Source: Ignavibacteria bacterium (GTDB lineage Bacteria; Bacteroidota; Ignavibacteria; UBA10030; F1-140-MAGs086). Taken from it: 64,000 nt of DNA. This document shows, one piece after another, positions 9,700 through 18,576 of this stretch. How positions within the stretch are numbered: position 1 is the first letter of the stretch; the number at the start of each line of letters is the position of its first letter. The notes beneath the pieces were generated by a model. It had not been told where the DNA came from. It did not search any database and saw nothing but the letters and a program-made list of their open reading frames with translations. The stretch covers positions 2,486 through 66,485 of the forward strand of contig VGWC01000003.1 in the NCBI GenBank assembly GCA_016873775.1, given 5' to 3'. The translations under genes were made by a program, and so were the position numbers.

Positions 9700-12600
9700 G
9701 TTTCAAGTTACGAGTTGCGAGTTGCGAGTTACGAATGACCAATGACAAATTACAGATAACTGTTATCTGTTATTGGTTGTTTGTTATTTTGGCATCTTTA
9801 AAAACTAAAAGTTTATCATTTAACATCAGCGATAATTTGCGCAATCTACGGGAAACAGTCTCCCGCAGATTACGCAGATGTTCGCGGAAATTTTTTTTTG
9901 GAGTGTTCATTAGTAATATTTTTTTACTGCTTCTTTTCATTTTTAACAATCGGGCAAACAAACGAGCAAACAATATTTTGCTCTATGCTCTATGCTCTTT
10001 GCTTTTACTTTCATCCTCTAATCTCTATTCTCAATTCGACGATTTCTATCATCCCGAACTCGAATGGAAAACAATTGAAACAAAACATTTTTTCGTTCAT
10101 TATCATACGGGAACAGAACGAACTGCAAAAACCATTGCAAAAATCGCAGAAGAGATTTATGTTCCCATTACGTCGCTCTACCATCACGAACCCGACCAAA
10201 AAATTTCTTTTGTAGTAAAAGACTTCGATGATTATGCAAATGGCGCCGCTTATTTTTATGATAACAAAATAGAAATCTGGGCAACATCGCTTGATTTTGA
10301 TTTACGCGGTTCGCATAATTGGCTGCGCAATGTTGTAACGCACGAGTTCACGCATATCATTCAAATTCAAACGGCGATGAAGTTCGGAAGAAAAGTTCCG
10401 GCGTTTTATTTTCAATGGCTCGGTTACGAAGAAGAACGCCGCAACGATGTGTTGTACGGTTTTCCGAATGTGATTGCATCGTATCCGATTTCGGGATTTA
10501 TTGTGCCGAGTTGGTTTGCAGAAGGAGTTGCGCAATATAATCGTCCCGAACTTTCGTATGATAAATGGGATGCGCATCGCGATATGATTTTGCGAATGTA
10601 TGCTCTCGATAGCAATATGCTTACGTGGAATGAAATGTCGGTGTTCGGAAAAACGAGTTTGGGAAACGAATCATCGTACAATGCAGGATTTAATTTCGTG
10701 CGATACATCAGCGAGAAGTACGGGCAAGATGTTGTAGAAAGAATTTCTCGCTCGCTTTCGAAATTTTCGACAATTACGATTGACAAAGCGATTGAAGATG
10801 CAACGGGAAAAAATGGGGAAGAAGTGTATAATGAATGGAAACAACATTTACAATCTTCATACGGTGAACGAACAGAAGCACTCCGTCAACAGTTGGTGGA
10901 AGGAAAAATTATTACCGATGTCGGTTTTGGAAATTTCTATCCACAATTTTCTCCTGATGGTGGAATGCTCGCGTACATTTCCAACAAAGAAGCAGATTAT
11001 TTTGGTTTGTCATCGTTCTATCTTTACGATGTCGATAAGAAGGAAGAAAAATTATTAGTCAGCGGAGTTCGTTCAAACTTTTCATGGTTTCCCGATGGAA
11101 AGAAAATTATTTACTCGAAAACAACTTCTGATAATAAACATTGGTCGAAGCAGCATGATTTATATGTGTACGATATTGAGAAGGAAGATGAAACACGTTT
11201 CTCGTACGGTTGGCGAGCAAATTCTCCGTCTGTTTCTCCCGATGGAAAAATGATTGCGTTTGTTGCAGGAAGTGATGGAACAATAAATTTATACACAAGT
11301 GATAGCGACGGAAAAAATTTTAAACGTAGAACAAATTATTCCAACGGTGAACAAGTGTATAATCCCAAATGGTCTCCCGATGGAAAAAAAATTCTTTTCG
11401 ATTATTCAATTAAAGATGGAAGAGATGTTGCGGTGTTGAACGTTGAAAATGATTCCCTCGAGTTTTTGTTTGCAACAAGTTTTGATGAACGCAATGCTGT
11501 GTTTTCTCCCGATGGTCATAAAATTATTTTTGCGTGCGATAAAACTGGAATTTTCAATTTGTATGAATACAATTTCGAAACAAAATCCACAACGCAATTG
11601 ACGAATGTTCTCGGCGGCGCATTTATGCCTTCGGTGAATGAAAAAAATCAACTTGCATTTGCTTCTTATACTTCCAGCGGATATAAAATTTCTTGGTTCG
11701 ATTCGTTGCAAAATATTTCTGCAGAAAATAATTCTTATGTGAAAGAAGAAAATAAATCATCATCGTTTCTTCTTGCATTAAAAGAAAAATCGGCGAACAT
11801 TGATTGGGAAAAAATTCGTTCATTTGATGATGCGAATTTATCGGAACCGAAATCGCGCACGTATAAAAATATTTTTACTTCAATGACGTTTTATCCTTTT
11901 TTCCGTTTCGATAATTACAGTGAAAAAGCGAGCGGAATAAGTTTGATAAAGCCGGGAGTGTATTTTGTTTCCAATGATGTGCTGGATAAATATGGATTGT
12001 TTGGCGGAGCGGCTATTAATACGCGATTGGAACGTGATTTGTTTTTCATTTTTGAGTATCGTGATAAAATTCCTCTCTTCTTTCAGTTGGGAATGGATCC
12101 AATTCTTTCGCTTGAGGCATACAACATTTCCCGTACAACAGAATTCACGGCGATACTTCGTCCCGATAATCCGATTCCGCTTGACTTGGATGTGTCGTTT
12201 AATCTTATTGAATTTGATGTTGTGCTGAAACAAAAATTATTTTCAGAAAATTTGGGTTGTGAATTGCGCTACACACATAGTAGATATGCGAGCGGAATTG
12301 AAACTTTCCTTTTTGACGATCCTGATGACGGCGTTTTTGACCCAATTTCTATTCCCGGTTCGCGAGAAGAATATTATGTTGGAAATGTTCTTTCGCTGCG
12401 ATGGGATTACAAAGCGATTGCACTTTCTCGGTTTATGGAAATTAATCCGAGCGGAAGAAAAATTTTTCTTCAATACGATTACGAATTTTCAAAATTCAAT
12501 CCAGAATATGTCATCGAAAAAGGCGAACTTGTACGTGTTTTTGAAGAGCCAAAATTTCAACGTGTCGAATTGAAGTGGAATGAGTACACATCACTTCCCG

Positions 12601-13076
12601 GTTGGAAACATACGTTAGCAACTTTGATTCGTGCAGGAAAAATTATCGGCGGAGTGCAAGATGATTTTTTCGATTTTTATCTTGGCGGTTTAGTCGGAAT
12701 GAAAGGATATCCGTATTATGCCATTGGTGGGAATAGCATTGCCGCTATTAACGCTACGTATCGCTTTCCAATGTGGGAGAATATGGATATTCGAGTGGCG
12801 CATTTGTATTTCGATAAACTCTATGGTGCTGTATTTTTTGATGCAGGAAATGCGTGGACAACAGGTTCTATCAAACAGCAAAAATTTCAAAGGGATATAG
12901 GAGGAGAACTTCGACTCGATGCATTTTCGTGGTATGCATTTCCGACTCGTATTTTTTTTACGGCGGCGTATGGTCTTGATGAATTTCAACGAATGACACG
13001 TAATAATAAACTTGTTACGTACGGAAAAGAGTGGCGGTTTTATTTCGGAATATTATTTGGTTTTGATTTTGACTAA
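9696..13076 (+). CDS. Outer-membrane protein: HExxH gluzincin-like domain + PD40 (TolB-like) beta-propeller repeats + C-terminal Omp85/surface-antigen-like barrel. True start uncertain.
   Basis: HEFTH at 10341-10355 with downstream FAEGVAQY. PD40-like FSPDGGMLAYIS, SVSPDGKMIAFVAGSDG, KWSPDGKKILF, FSPDGHKIIFACDKTG. Barrel-like C-terminus ending FGILFGFDFD. ATG 9696 overlaps the upstream stop (ATGA), but the first ~95 codons are repeat-encoded. Alternative starts are GTG 9903 and TTG 9978. Confidence 0.7.
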   Translation: MSFKLRVASCELRMTNDKLQITVICYWLFVILASLKTKSLSFNISDNLRNLRETVSRRLRRCSRKFFFGVFISNIFLLLLFIFNNRANKRANNILLYALCSLLLLSSSNLYSQFDDFYHPELEWKTIETKHFFVHYHTGTERTAKTIAKIAEEIYVPITSLYHHEPDQKISFVVKDFDDYANGAAYFYDNKIEIWATSLDFDLRGSHNWLRNVVTHEFTHIIQIQTAMKFGRKVPAFYFQWLGYEEERRNDVLYGFPNVIASYPISGFIVPSWFAEGVAQYNRPELSYDKWDAHRDMILRMYALDSNMLTWNEMSVFGKTSLGNESSYNAGFNFVRYISEKYGQDVVERISRSLSKFSTITIDKAIEDATGKNGEEVYNEWKQHLQSSYGERTEALRQQLVEGKIITDVGFGNFYPQFSPDGGMLAYISNKEADYFGLSSFYLYDVDKKEEKLLVSGVRSNFSWFPDGKKIIYSKTTSDNKHWSKQHDLYVYDIEKEDETRFSYGWRANSPSVSPDGKMIAFVAGSDGTINLYTSDSDGKNFKRRTNYSNGEQVYNPKWSPDGKKILFDYSIKDGRDVAVLNVENDSLEFLFATSFDERNAVFSPDGHKIIFACDKTGIFNLYEYNFETKSTTQLTNVLGGAFMPSVNEKNQLAFASYTSSGYKISWFDSLQNISAENNSYVKEENKSSSFLLALKEKSANIDWEKIRSFDDANLSEPKSRTYKNIFTSMTFYPFFRFDNYSEKASGISLIKPGVYFVSNDVLDKYGLFGGAAINTRLERDLFFIFEYRDKIPLFFQLGMDPILSLEAYNISRTTEFTAILRPDNPIPLDLDVSFNLIEFDVVLKQKLFSENLGCELRYTHSRYASGIETFLFDDPDDGVFDPISIPGSREEYYVGNVLSLRWDYKAIALSRFMEINPSGRKIFLQYDYEFSKFNPEYVIEKGELVRVFEEPKFQRVELKWNEYTSLPGWKHTLATLIRAGKIIGGVQDDFFDFYLGGLVGMKGYPYYAIGGNSIAAINATYRFPMWENMDIRVAHLYFDKLYGAVFFDAGNAWTTGSIKQQKFQRDIGGELRLDAFSWYAFPTRIFFTAAYGLDEFQRMTRNNKLVTYGKEWRFYFGILFGFDFD
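9700..9790. repeat. Heptamer-phased drifting repeat array (13 units)
   Basis: gtttcaa|gttacga|gttgcga|gttgcga|gttacga|atgacca|atgacaa|attacag|ataactg|ttatctg|ttattgg|ttgtttg|ttatttt. Contains the palindrome cagataac-t-gttatctg. Confidence 0.8.
9838..9876. repeat. Imperfect palindromic element
   Basis: tgcgcaatctacggga (9838-9853) pairs with tcccgcagattacgca (9861-9876), 14/16 bp, 7-nt loop. Confidence 0.6.
9980..10049. repeat. Heptamer-phased drifting repeat array (10 units), encodes the putative signal peptide of the downstream protein
   Basis: gctctat|gctctat|gctcttt|gctttta|ctttcat|cctctaa|tctctat|tctcaat|tcgacga|tttctat. Confidence 0.75.
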
Positions 13077-13089
13077 GAAAAAAATAGCA

Positions 13090-14016
13090 ATGATGTTGAA
13101 GTGTAAGTATGTACTTGGGATATGTGTTTTGCAATTGATTTTGATTTTGGAATCAAATTCACAAACATCGGTGGAGGAGAAATATTTTTTTTCGGGTAAT
13201 GCAAGAATAGATTTGTTTGCCGAACAATCAGTAATTATTGTTTCGAAACAAAATCGCAAAGAAATATACAGCGAACGAAAATCTCCATTACTTGCCGCAG
13301 GATTATCGTTTTTACTTCCTGGAGTTGGAGAATATTATTCCGAGAGTTATTGGAAAAGCGGAATATTTTTTGTGGCTGAAGTTACAGGAATTACATTCGG
13401 TTTGATTTACAATCAAAAAGGAGTTGACCAAACAAAGTATTATCAAAGTATTGCAAACAAAGAATGGAGTGTCATAAAATATGTTGAATGGTGTAAAGAG
13501 AATCTTTCCGGGTGGGATGTCAATGATAGAATTATTGCGGAAGATTTGGTTGATGAAATTATTACCAGCAATAATGTTTCTCTTCCTCCATGGCAGCGAA
13601 TTGATTGGCAAAAGTTAAATGCTTTTGAGCGCGCAGTAGGCGGAGGGTTTTCGCATACGTTGCCTCGCTATGGAGAACAGCAATATTTTGAACTCATCGG
13701 TAAGTATCAACAATTTCGCGCTGGATGGAGCGATTTTGATTCAACGTTTTCCGGGTATAATAAAATTTATGATTTAACAGTATCTCCCAAGTTTTTATCG
13801 TACAGTAAAGAACGCGGGAAAGCAAATGATCTTTATTCCGTATCAAAACGCGCAGTGAATCTCATTTTGTTAAATCATTTGTTAAGTTCGTTCGATGCTG
13901 CGTGGAGCGCGAGTTTGTTCAATGCGCAGTTTTCAACATCACTGCGTTTTGAACAGCACAGAGATTTACTTGGGGTGTATGAACTTCCCGTAATGAAAAT
14001 GAAAATAGTTTTCTGA
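13090..14016 (+). CDS. Hypothetical membrane/secreted protein, last gene of the porU-porV cluster
   Basis: ATG 13090 follows the upstream stop at 13076. N-terminal hydrophobic signal MMLKCKYVLGICVLQLILILES. TM-like LLAAGLSFLLPGVGEYYSESYWKSGIFFVAEVTGITFGLIY. I recognise no family with confidence. Confidence 0.55.
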   Translation: MMLKCKYVLGICVLQLILILESNSQTSVEEKYFFSGNARIDLFAEQSVIIVSKQNRKEIYSERKSPLLAAGLSFLLPGVGEYYSESYWKSGIFFVAEVTGITFGLIYNQKGVDQTKYYQSIANKEWSVIKYVEWCKENLSGWDVNDRIIAEDLVDEIITSNNVSLPPWQRIDWQKLNAFERAVGGGFSHTLPRYGEQQYFELIGKYQQFRAGWSDFDSTFSGYNKIYDLTVSPKFLSYSKERGKANDLYSVSKRAVNLILLNHLLSSFDAAWSASLFNAQFSTSLRFEQHRDLLGVYELPVMKMKIVF

Positions 14017-14160
14017 ATTATCCACTCAGGAATCCTGATGAGGAAAGTTTAATTCATTTCAATGAAGAAACGCTGAAAAATTACAGACAAATAACTTATA
14101 TTCTCTTTACATTTTTACTATTTTTCAACAACCTCATTTCAGGAGGGTTGTGTTTTCAGC

Positions 14161-14706
14161 ATACTTAGTTCATCATTACATTCATTTCGTTCGCAGAACA
14201 AATTAAGCGGCAAAGTTCTTGTTCTTAATCAGAATTATGAACCGGCAAGCGTCTGCAATATTCAAAAAGCGATTATCTTACTTTTTTTGAAAAAAGCAGA
14301 ACTCATCGAAGCATTCGATGGAAAACTTGTTCGTTCAGTGAGCAACGCTATGCCGTATCCGAGTATTGTTCGCCTTTCTTCATACGTGCATATTCCGTAC
14401 AAAAAAATAATTCTTTCGCGTAAAAATATTCTTCGTCGAGACGGACATCGTTGTCAATATTGCGGTAGATTGGAAATGACTGTTACGCTTGACCACGTAA
14501 TTCCAAAAGCGCGCGGCGGAGAAGAAACATGGGAAAATCTTGTGTGCGCGTGTGTTTCGTGCAATAACAAAAAAGGCGACCGCACTCCAGAGGAAGCGCA
14601 AATGCCATTAGGAAGAAAACCGTTACGTCCCAATCACGTTACGTTTATTCGGCATTTTATGGGAAACTTTGATGACCGATGGAAACCATATTTGTTTATG
14701 CATTGA
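14161..14706 (+). CDS. HNH endonuclease (small McrA-like family). Start codon unresolved.
   Basis: GKVLVLNQNYEPASVCNIQKAIILLFLKKAELI N-terminal block plus HNH/zinc-ribbon block CQYCG...LDHVIPKARGG...NLVCACVSCNNKKG. The frame is open from 14095 with no in-frame ATG/GTG/TTG upstream of the conserved block (the first, TTG 14287, lies inside it). 14161 is an ATA. Confidence 0.6.
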   Translation: MLSSSLHSFRSQNKLSGKVLVLNQNYEPASVCNIQKAIILLFLKKAELIEAFDGKLVRSVSNAMPYPSIVRLSSYVHIPYKKIILSRKNILRRDGHRCQYCGRLEMTVTLDHVIPKARGGEETWENLVCACVSCNNKKGDRTPEEAQMPLGRKPLRPNHVTFIRHFMGNFDDRWKPYLFMH

Positions 14707-14806
14707 TGAATTCAGATTTAAGATTTTGATTGAATACTTTGTAACAACAATCTCTTCATCGTTCTTCAATAATTGAGATAACATTTCTTTCTACTTACAT
14801 TTTCGA

Positions 14807-15799
14807 TTGATACAAACTACAAAACAAAAACGCATACTTAGCGGAATGCGTCCCACAGGGAAATTACATATCGGGCATTGGGCAGGTGCGTTAGAAAATT
14901 GGGTGCAACTTCAACAGGATTTTGAAAATTATCACCTCATTGCCGATTATCATGCACTCACCACAAATCTTGATTCGAATGAAATCGAAAAAAATTCACT
15001 TGATATGATGATTGATTGGCTTGCGGCGGGAATTGACAACAACCGAAGTTTGATATTTCGTCAATCACAAATTAAGGAACATACGGAACTGTTTCTCATA
15101 TTTTCGATGCTCATTACGACCGCTCGACTCGAACGAAATCCAACGCTGAAAGACCAAGTTCGTGATTTGCATATTGAAAATGTTATATACGGTCATCTTG
15201 GTTACCCGGTATTGCAAGCAGCAGATATTTTATTATACAAAGGTGAAATTATTCCTGTTGGAGATGACCAAGTTCCCCACGTTGAGATAACTCGTGAAAT
15301 TGCGCGGGATTTCAATCGTCAGTACGGAGAAGTATTTCCCATTCCCGAACCAAAGTTAACGACTTTTGCGCGACTTCCCGGTTTGAACGGTGATGCCAAA
15401 ATGAGTAAATCACTGAATAACACAATTTTACTTTCAGATACTGCTGAAGTAATTTTGAAAAGAATGAAAACCGCGGTAACAGATCCTCGAAAAATCAGAC
15501 GAAATGATGTTGGTCATCCAGAAGTGTGTTTGGTATTCACGTATCATAAAAAATTTAACGAAACGGAAGTTCTGCAAATTGAATCCGATTGTCGAAGTGG
15601 TATATTAGGATGTGTTGATTGCAAAGCGAAGTGCGCAGTAAAAATTTCCAATGCGCTTTCTGGGATTCGTGAAAAAAGGAATTATTTCGAACAGCATTTG
15701 GATGATGTGAAAGAAATTCTTGTAGAAGGGGAATCAAAGGCAAGAGAAGTTGCACAACAAACGATGATGGAAGTTCGCGAAGCGATGAAGTTTGGATAA
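14807..15799 (+). CDS. trpS: Tryptophan--tRNA ligase
   Basis: 330 aa. ILSGMRPTGKLHIGHWAG (HIGH-type) and KMSKS motifs. TTG start. Confidence 0.9.
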   Translation: MIQTTKQKRILSGMRPTGKLHIGHWAGALENWVQLQQDFENYHLIADYHALTTNLDSNEIEKNSLDMMIDWLAAGIDNNRSLIFRQSQIKEHTELFLIFSMLITTARLERNPTLKDQVRDLHIENVIYGHLGYPVLQAADILLYKGEIIPVGDDQVPHVEITREIARDFNRQYGEVFPIPEPKLTTFARLPGLNGDAKMSKSLNNTILLSDTAEVILKRMKTAVTDPRKIRRNDVGHPEVCLVFTYHKKFNETEVLQIESDCRSGILGCVDCKAKCAVKISNALSGIREKRNYFEQHLDDVKEILVEGESKAREVAQQTMMEVREAMKFG

Positions 15800-15801
15800 C
15801 G

Positions 15802-16560
15802 ATGTACAGAATAAAACTTGAACAATTTGAAGGTCCTCTTGACTTATTACTTTTTTTTATCAAGCGGGATGAACTGGAAATCAAAGATATTCCGATTGCA
15901 CGCATTACCGATGAGTTTCTTGACTACTTGCATTATATAGAAATGCTCGATTTGGATATTGCAAGCGAATTTATTGTAATGGCATCAACATTGATGCAAA
16001 TAAAAGTGAAAATGTTATTGCCGAAGCCGTTTACAGAAGAAGGCGAAGAAGAAGACCCCCGCGCCGAACTTATTCGTCAACTGTACGAATATAAACGGTA
16101 TAAAGAAGCCACAGAAGAAATGGCGCTGATGGAAGATGAGCGCCGAAAACTTTTTTTCCGTCAAAATTTCTTGCACGATGAGATGGAAAACATTGTCGAA
16201 AAAAACGATGCATTGAAAAATGTTACGCTCTTTCATCTTATCGCCGCATTTAAGCATGCAATAGAGAACACGCCAAAACAAACTTTTCATACGATAGAAC
16301 GGTTTAATGTAACCATTGATGAACAAATTGACTTTATTCAACAATTTCTTTCGGAAAAGAAACAGAGAACATTTTCTGAACTAATTTCTTCTATGCGAGA
16401 AAAACTTCGCATTATTGTAACAATTCTTGCAATGCTGGAAATGGCAAAGAACGGAATTATTGTATTGCGATGTACCGAACACGAACGCGATTTATGGATT
16501 TCACAAAACATTGAACCATCATTTACCGGAATTATTTCTGAACAATTTTCACTCAACTAA
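15802..16560 (+). CDS. scpA: Segregation and condensation protein A
   Basis: FEGPLDLLLFFIKRDELEIKDIPIARIT N-terminus typical of ScpA. Followed by scpB with a 1-nt overlap. Confidence 0.85.
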   Translation: MYRIKLEQFEGPLDLLLFFIKRDELEIKDIPIARITDEFLDYLHYIEMLDLDIASEFIVMASTLMQIKVKMLLPKPFTEEGEEEDPRAELIRQLYEYKRYKEATEEMALMEDERRKLFFRQNFLHDEMENIVEKNDALKNVTLFHLIAAFKHAIENTPKQTFHTIERFNVTIDEQIDFIQQFLSEKKQRTFSELISSMREKLRIIVTILAMLEMAKNGIIVLRCTEHERDLWISQNIEPSFTGIISEQFSLN

Positions 16561-17204
16561 TGTTTATGAGCGAACCACAAACTGAAGCCGCAATGACAAC
16601 AGCGAAACACATCATCGAAGCGATGTTATTTGCTTCCGATGAACCTCTTTCAGCAAAACAACTGCTCGAAGTGCTGAATCAATCATACGCTTCCATCGAA
16701 ACAACAGCGTTTACAGTAGAACACATTCTTGAATTTGTTGCTGCATTGAATCGAGAATATGATGTGCAACAGCGCGCGTTTCATATAATTCCCATTGTCG
16801 AAGGATTTCAATTTGCAACGCGCCCGCAATACGCTCATTGGTTAGGCGAACTTTTCAAAGAACGTATCAAACGACGTCTTTCATCATCGGCGCTGGAAAC
16901 ACTTGCCATTATTGCCTATAAGCAACCTGTCTCAAAACCGGAGATTGAGTCTATTCGCGGCGTCAACGCAGATTACGTTCTCAGTTCGCTTCTCGAACGA
17001 AATATTATTACTATTGTTGGTCGCGCTTCTACAATAGGTCGTCCGCTGTTATATGGAACAACGGAGCAGTTTCTCCATCACTTCGGGTTGAAGAACTTAA
17101 AAGATTTGCCGCGATTACGGGAGATTGAGGATTTGATGAAGGAAAGTGAAATGGAAGTCGAGAAAAAAATTCTTACCGATGCGCTGCAATCAGAAAAGCA
17201 GTAG
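16560..17204 (+). CDS. scpB: Segregation and condensation protein B
   Basis: IIEAMLFASDEPLS, AIIAYKQPVSKPEIESIRGV, GRPLLYGTT motifs typical of ScpB. Confidence 0.85.
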   Translation: MFMSEPQTEAAMTTAKHIIEAMLFASDEPLSAKQLLEVLNQSYASIETTAFTVEHILEFVAALNREYDVQQRAFHIIPIVEGFQFATRPQYAHWLGELFKERIKRRLSSSALETLAIIAYKQPVSKPEIESIRGVNADYVLSSLLERNIITIVGRASTIGRPLLYGTTEQFLHHFGLKNLKDLPRLREIEDLMKESEMEVEKKILTDALQSEKQ

Positions 17205-17221
17205 CAAACTACCGAGACGTT

Positions 17222-18178
17222 TCATTTCTTGAGTTTTTCTTTTGCTTCATCCGCTCGCGTTCCCGATGCTTCCAACGAGAGGTAGCGTTCGTACATTTTT
17301 TTTGCATCGTTTTTCATCCCTTTTTTTTCGTAACATTTTGCAAGATTAAAGATGGACGATGAAAATACAGAATCAAGTGCAATTGCGTTCCTGTAATTTG
17401 CAATCGCATCATCAATCATTCCTTTCTCCAACAATCCATCACCCAAACTGTCATACGAATTTGCAGTATCAGGTTCCACTTCGACATATTTTTTAAATTG
17501 TGCAATTGCGTCATCAATACGTTTCTGACGAAGATAAAAATATCCAAGCACATTGTACCCTGCTCCTTTCTTGGTATCAACGGCGATTGCTTTTTTATAA
17601 TATTCCTCCGCTCGCGAAAAATCTTTCTCGTACGCATATATTGTTGCATAGGAAATGTAGCCGCGATATGGTTGCAGTTTGACAATCGCATCCGCTTGCG
17701 ATTTTGCCTTTTCCACACTTCCGCCTGCAATGCCCGGAGCAAGCAAATAATACTGCGCCAATCCTTGTCTTGCTTCGATGTACTTCGGATCTAACTCAAC
17801 TGCGCGTTCAAATTCCGATTTTATTTTTGGTGCGAGATACATTTGTTTGAAAACATTACTCTTGCTTGCTTTCGAACCGTACGCACTTCCAAGCCAATAA
17901 TGATACGTCGCATTCTTTTCGTCAAGTTCAATCGCTTCTTCAAAGTAATCAATTGCATCGTCAATATGTCGTTCGTGTACATATCGAATCATTCCCAAAT
18001 AATACAGCACTTCTGCATTGGTTGAATGTTGCTTCTGCAATTGTTCGAAGACAGGTTTTGCTTTCGCGTACTGTTTAGTTTGAAACAATTGAATTCCATT
18101 TTCAAGCGTAACTTGTGCATAGGAATGAATTGCATAGAACAACATTCCCAACACAACAAAGCGTATGTATTTTTTCAT
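17222..18178 (-). CDS. Secreted tetratricopeptide-repeat protein
   Basis: Signal peptide MKKYIRFVVLGMLFYAIHSYAQ followed by repeated TPR-like A..YY..A units. Confidence 0.7.
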   Translation of the reverse strand: MKKYIRFVVLGMLFYAIHSYAQVTLENGIQLFQTKQYAKAKPVFEQLQKQHSTNAEVLYYLGMIRYVHERHIDDAIDYFEEAIELDEKNATYHYWLGSAYGSKASKSNVFKQMYLAPKIKSEFERAVELDPKYIEARQGLAQYYLLAPGIAGGSVEKAKSQADAIVKLQPYRGYISYATIYAYEKDFSRAEEYYKKAIAVDTKKGAGYNVLGYFYLRQKRIDDAIAQFKKYVEVEPDTANSYDSLGDGLLEKGMIDDAIANYRNAIALDSVFSSSIFNLAKCYEKKGMKNDAKKMYERYLSLEASGTRADEAKEKLKK

Positions 18179-18202
18179 AGGAGAATTGAATAAACCGTGT
18201 GA

Positions 18203-18502
18203 TTATGTTGTCGCATTTTTTTTCCCCTTATCATTCGATGGTGTCGTTGTTGTTGTATCCGATGTTGGAAGCGACGTTCCTGTATCGGATTTTTTTTTTA
18301 CGCTTTCTGATGTTGAATTTTTTTTGTAATCCGTTTGATAATATCCATTCCCTTTGAATAGCAATCCCGCACCGCTTCCGATGATGCGTGATAAGGAATT
18401 TGTTTCACATTCGGGACAATACGTTAGCGCATCGTCGGACATTTTTTGGAGTTCTTCAAACTCGTGCGAACACTTTTTGCAGCGATAATGATATGTGGGC
18501 AT
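18203..18502 (-). CDS. FmdB-family zinc-ribbon protein
   Basis: MPTYHYRCKKCSHEFEELQKMSDD...CPEC, typical CxxC...CxxC FmdB N-terminus. S/T/K-rich tail. Confidence 0.7.
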   Translation of the reverse strand: MPTYHYRCKKCSHEFEELQKMSDDALTYCPECETNSLSRIIGSGAGLLFKGNGYYQTDYKKNSTSESVKKKSDTGTSLPTSDTTTTTPSNDKGKKNATT

Positions 18503-18576
18503 TGATTATTATTTTTGAATGAAAATTTTTACGGTAAAATTTAATAAGTTTCACCTCAAAAATCAATTTATCCCCG

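Noticed and set aside
9770-10215. ORFs 9770-9973 (-), 9898-10215 (+) and 58602-58793 (-) as small genes
   Set aside because: They are translations of the repeat arrays and palindromic elements, giving peptides such as LRNLRETVSRRL.
13012-13089. Upstream extension of the 13090-14016 ORF
   Set aside because: It overlaps the last 65 nt of the preceding barrel protein gene. The ATG at 13090 precedes a typical hydrophobic signal.
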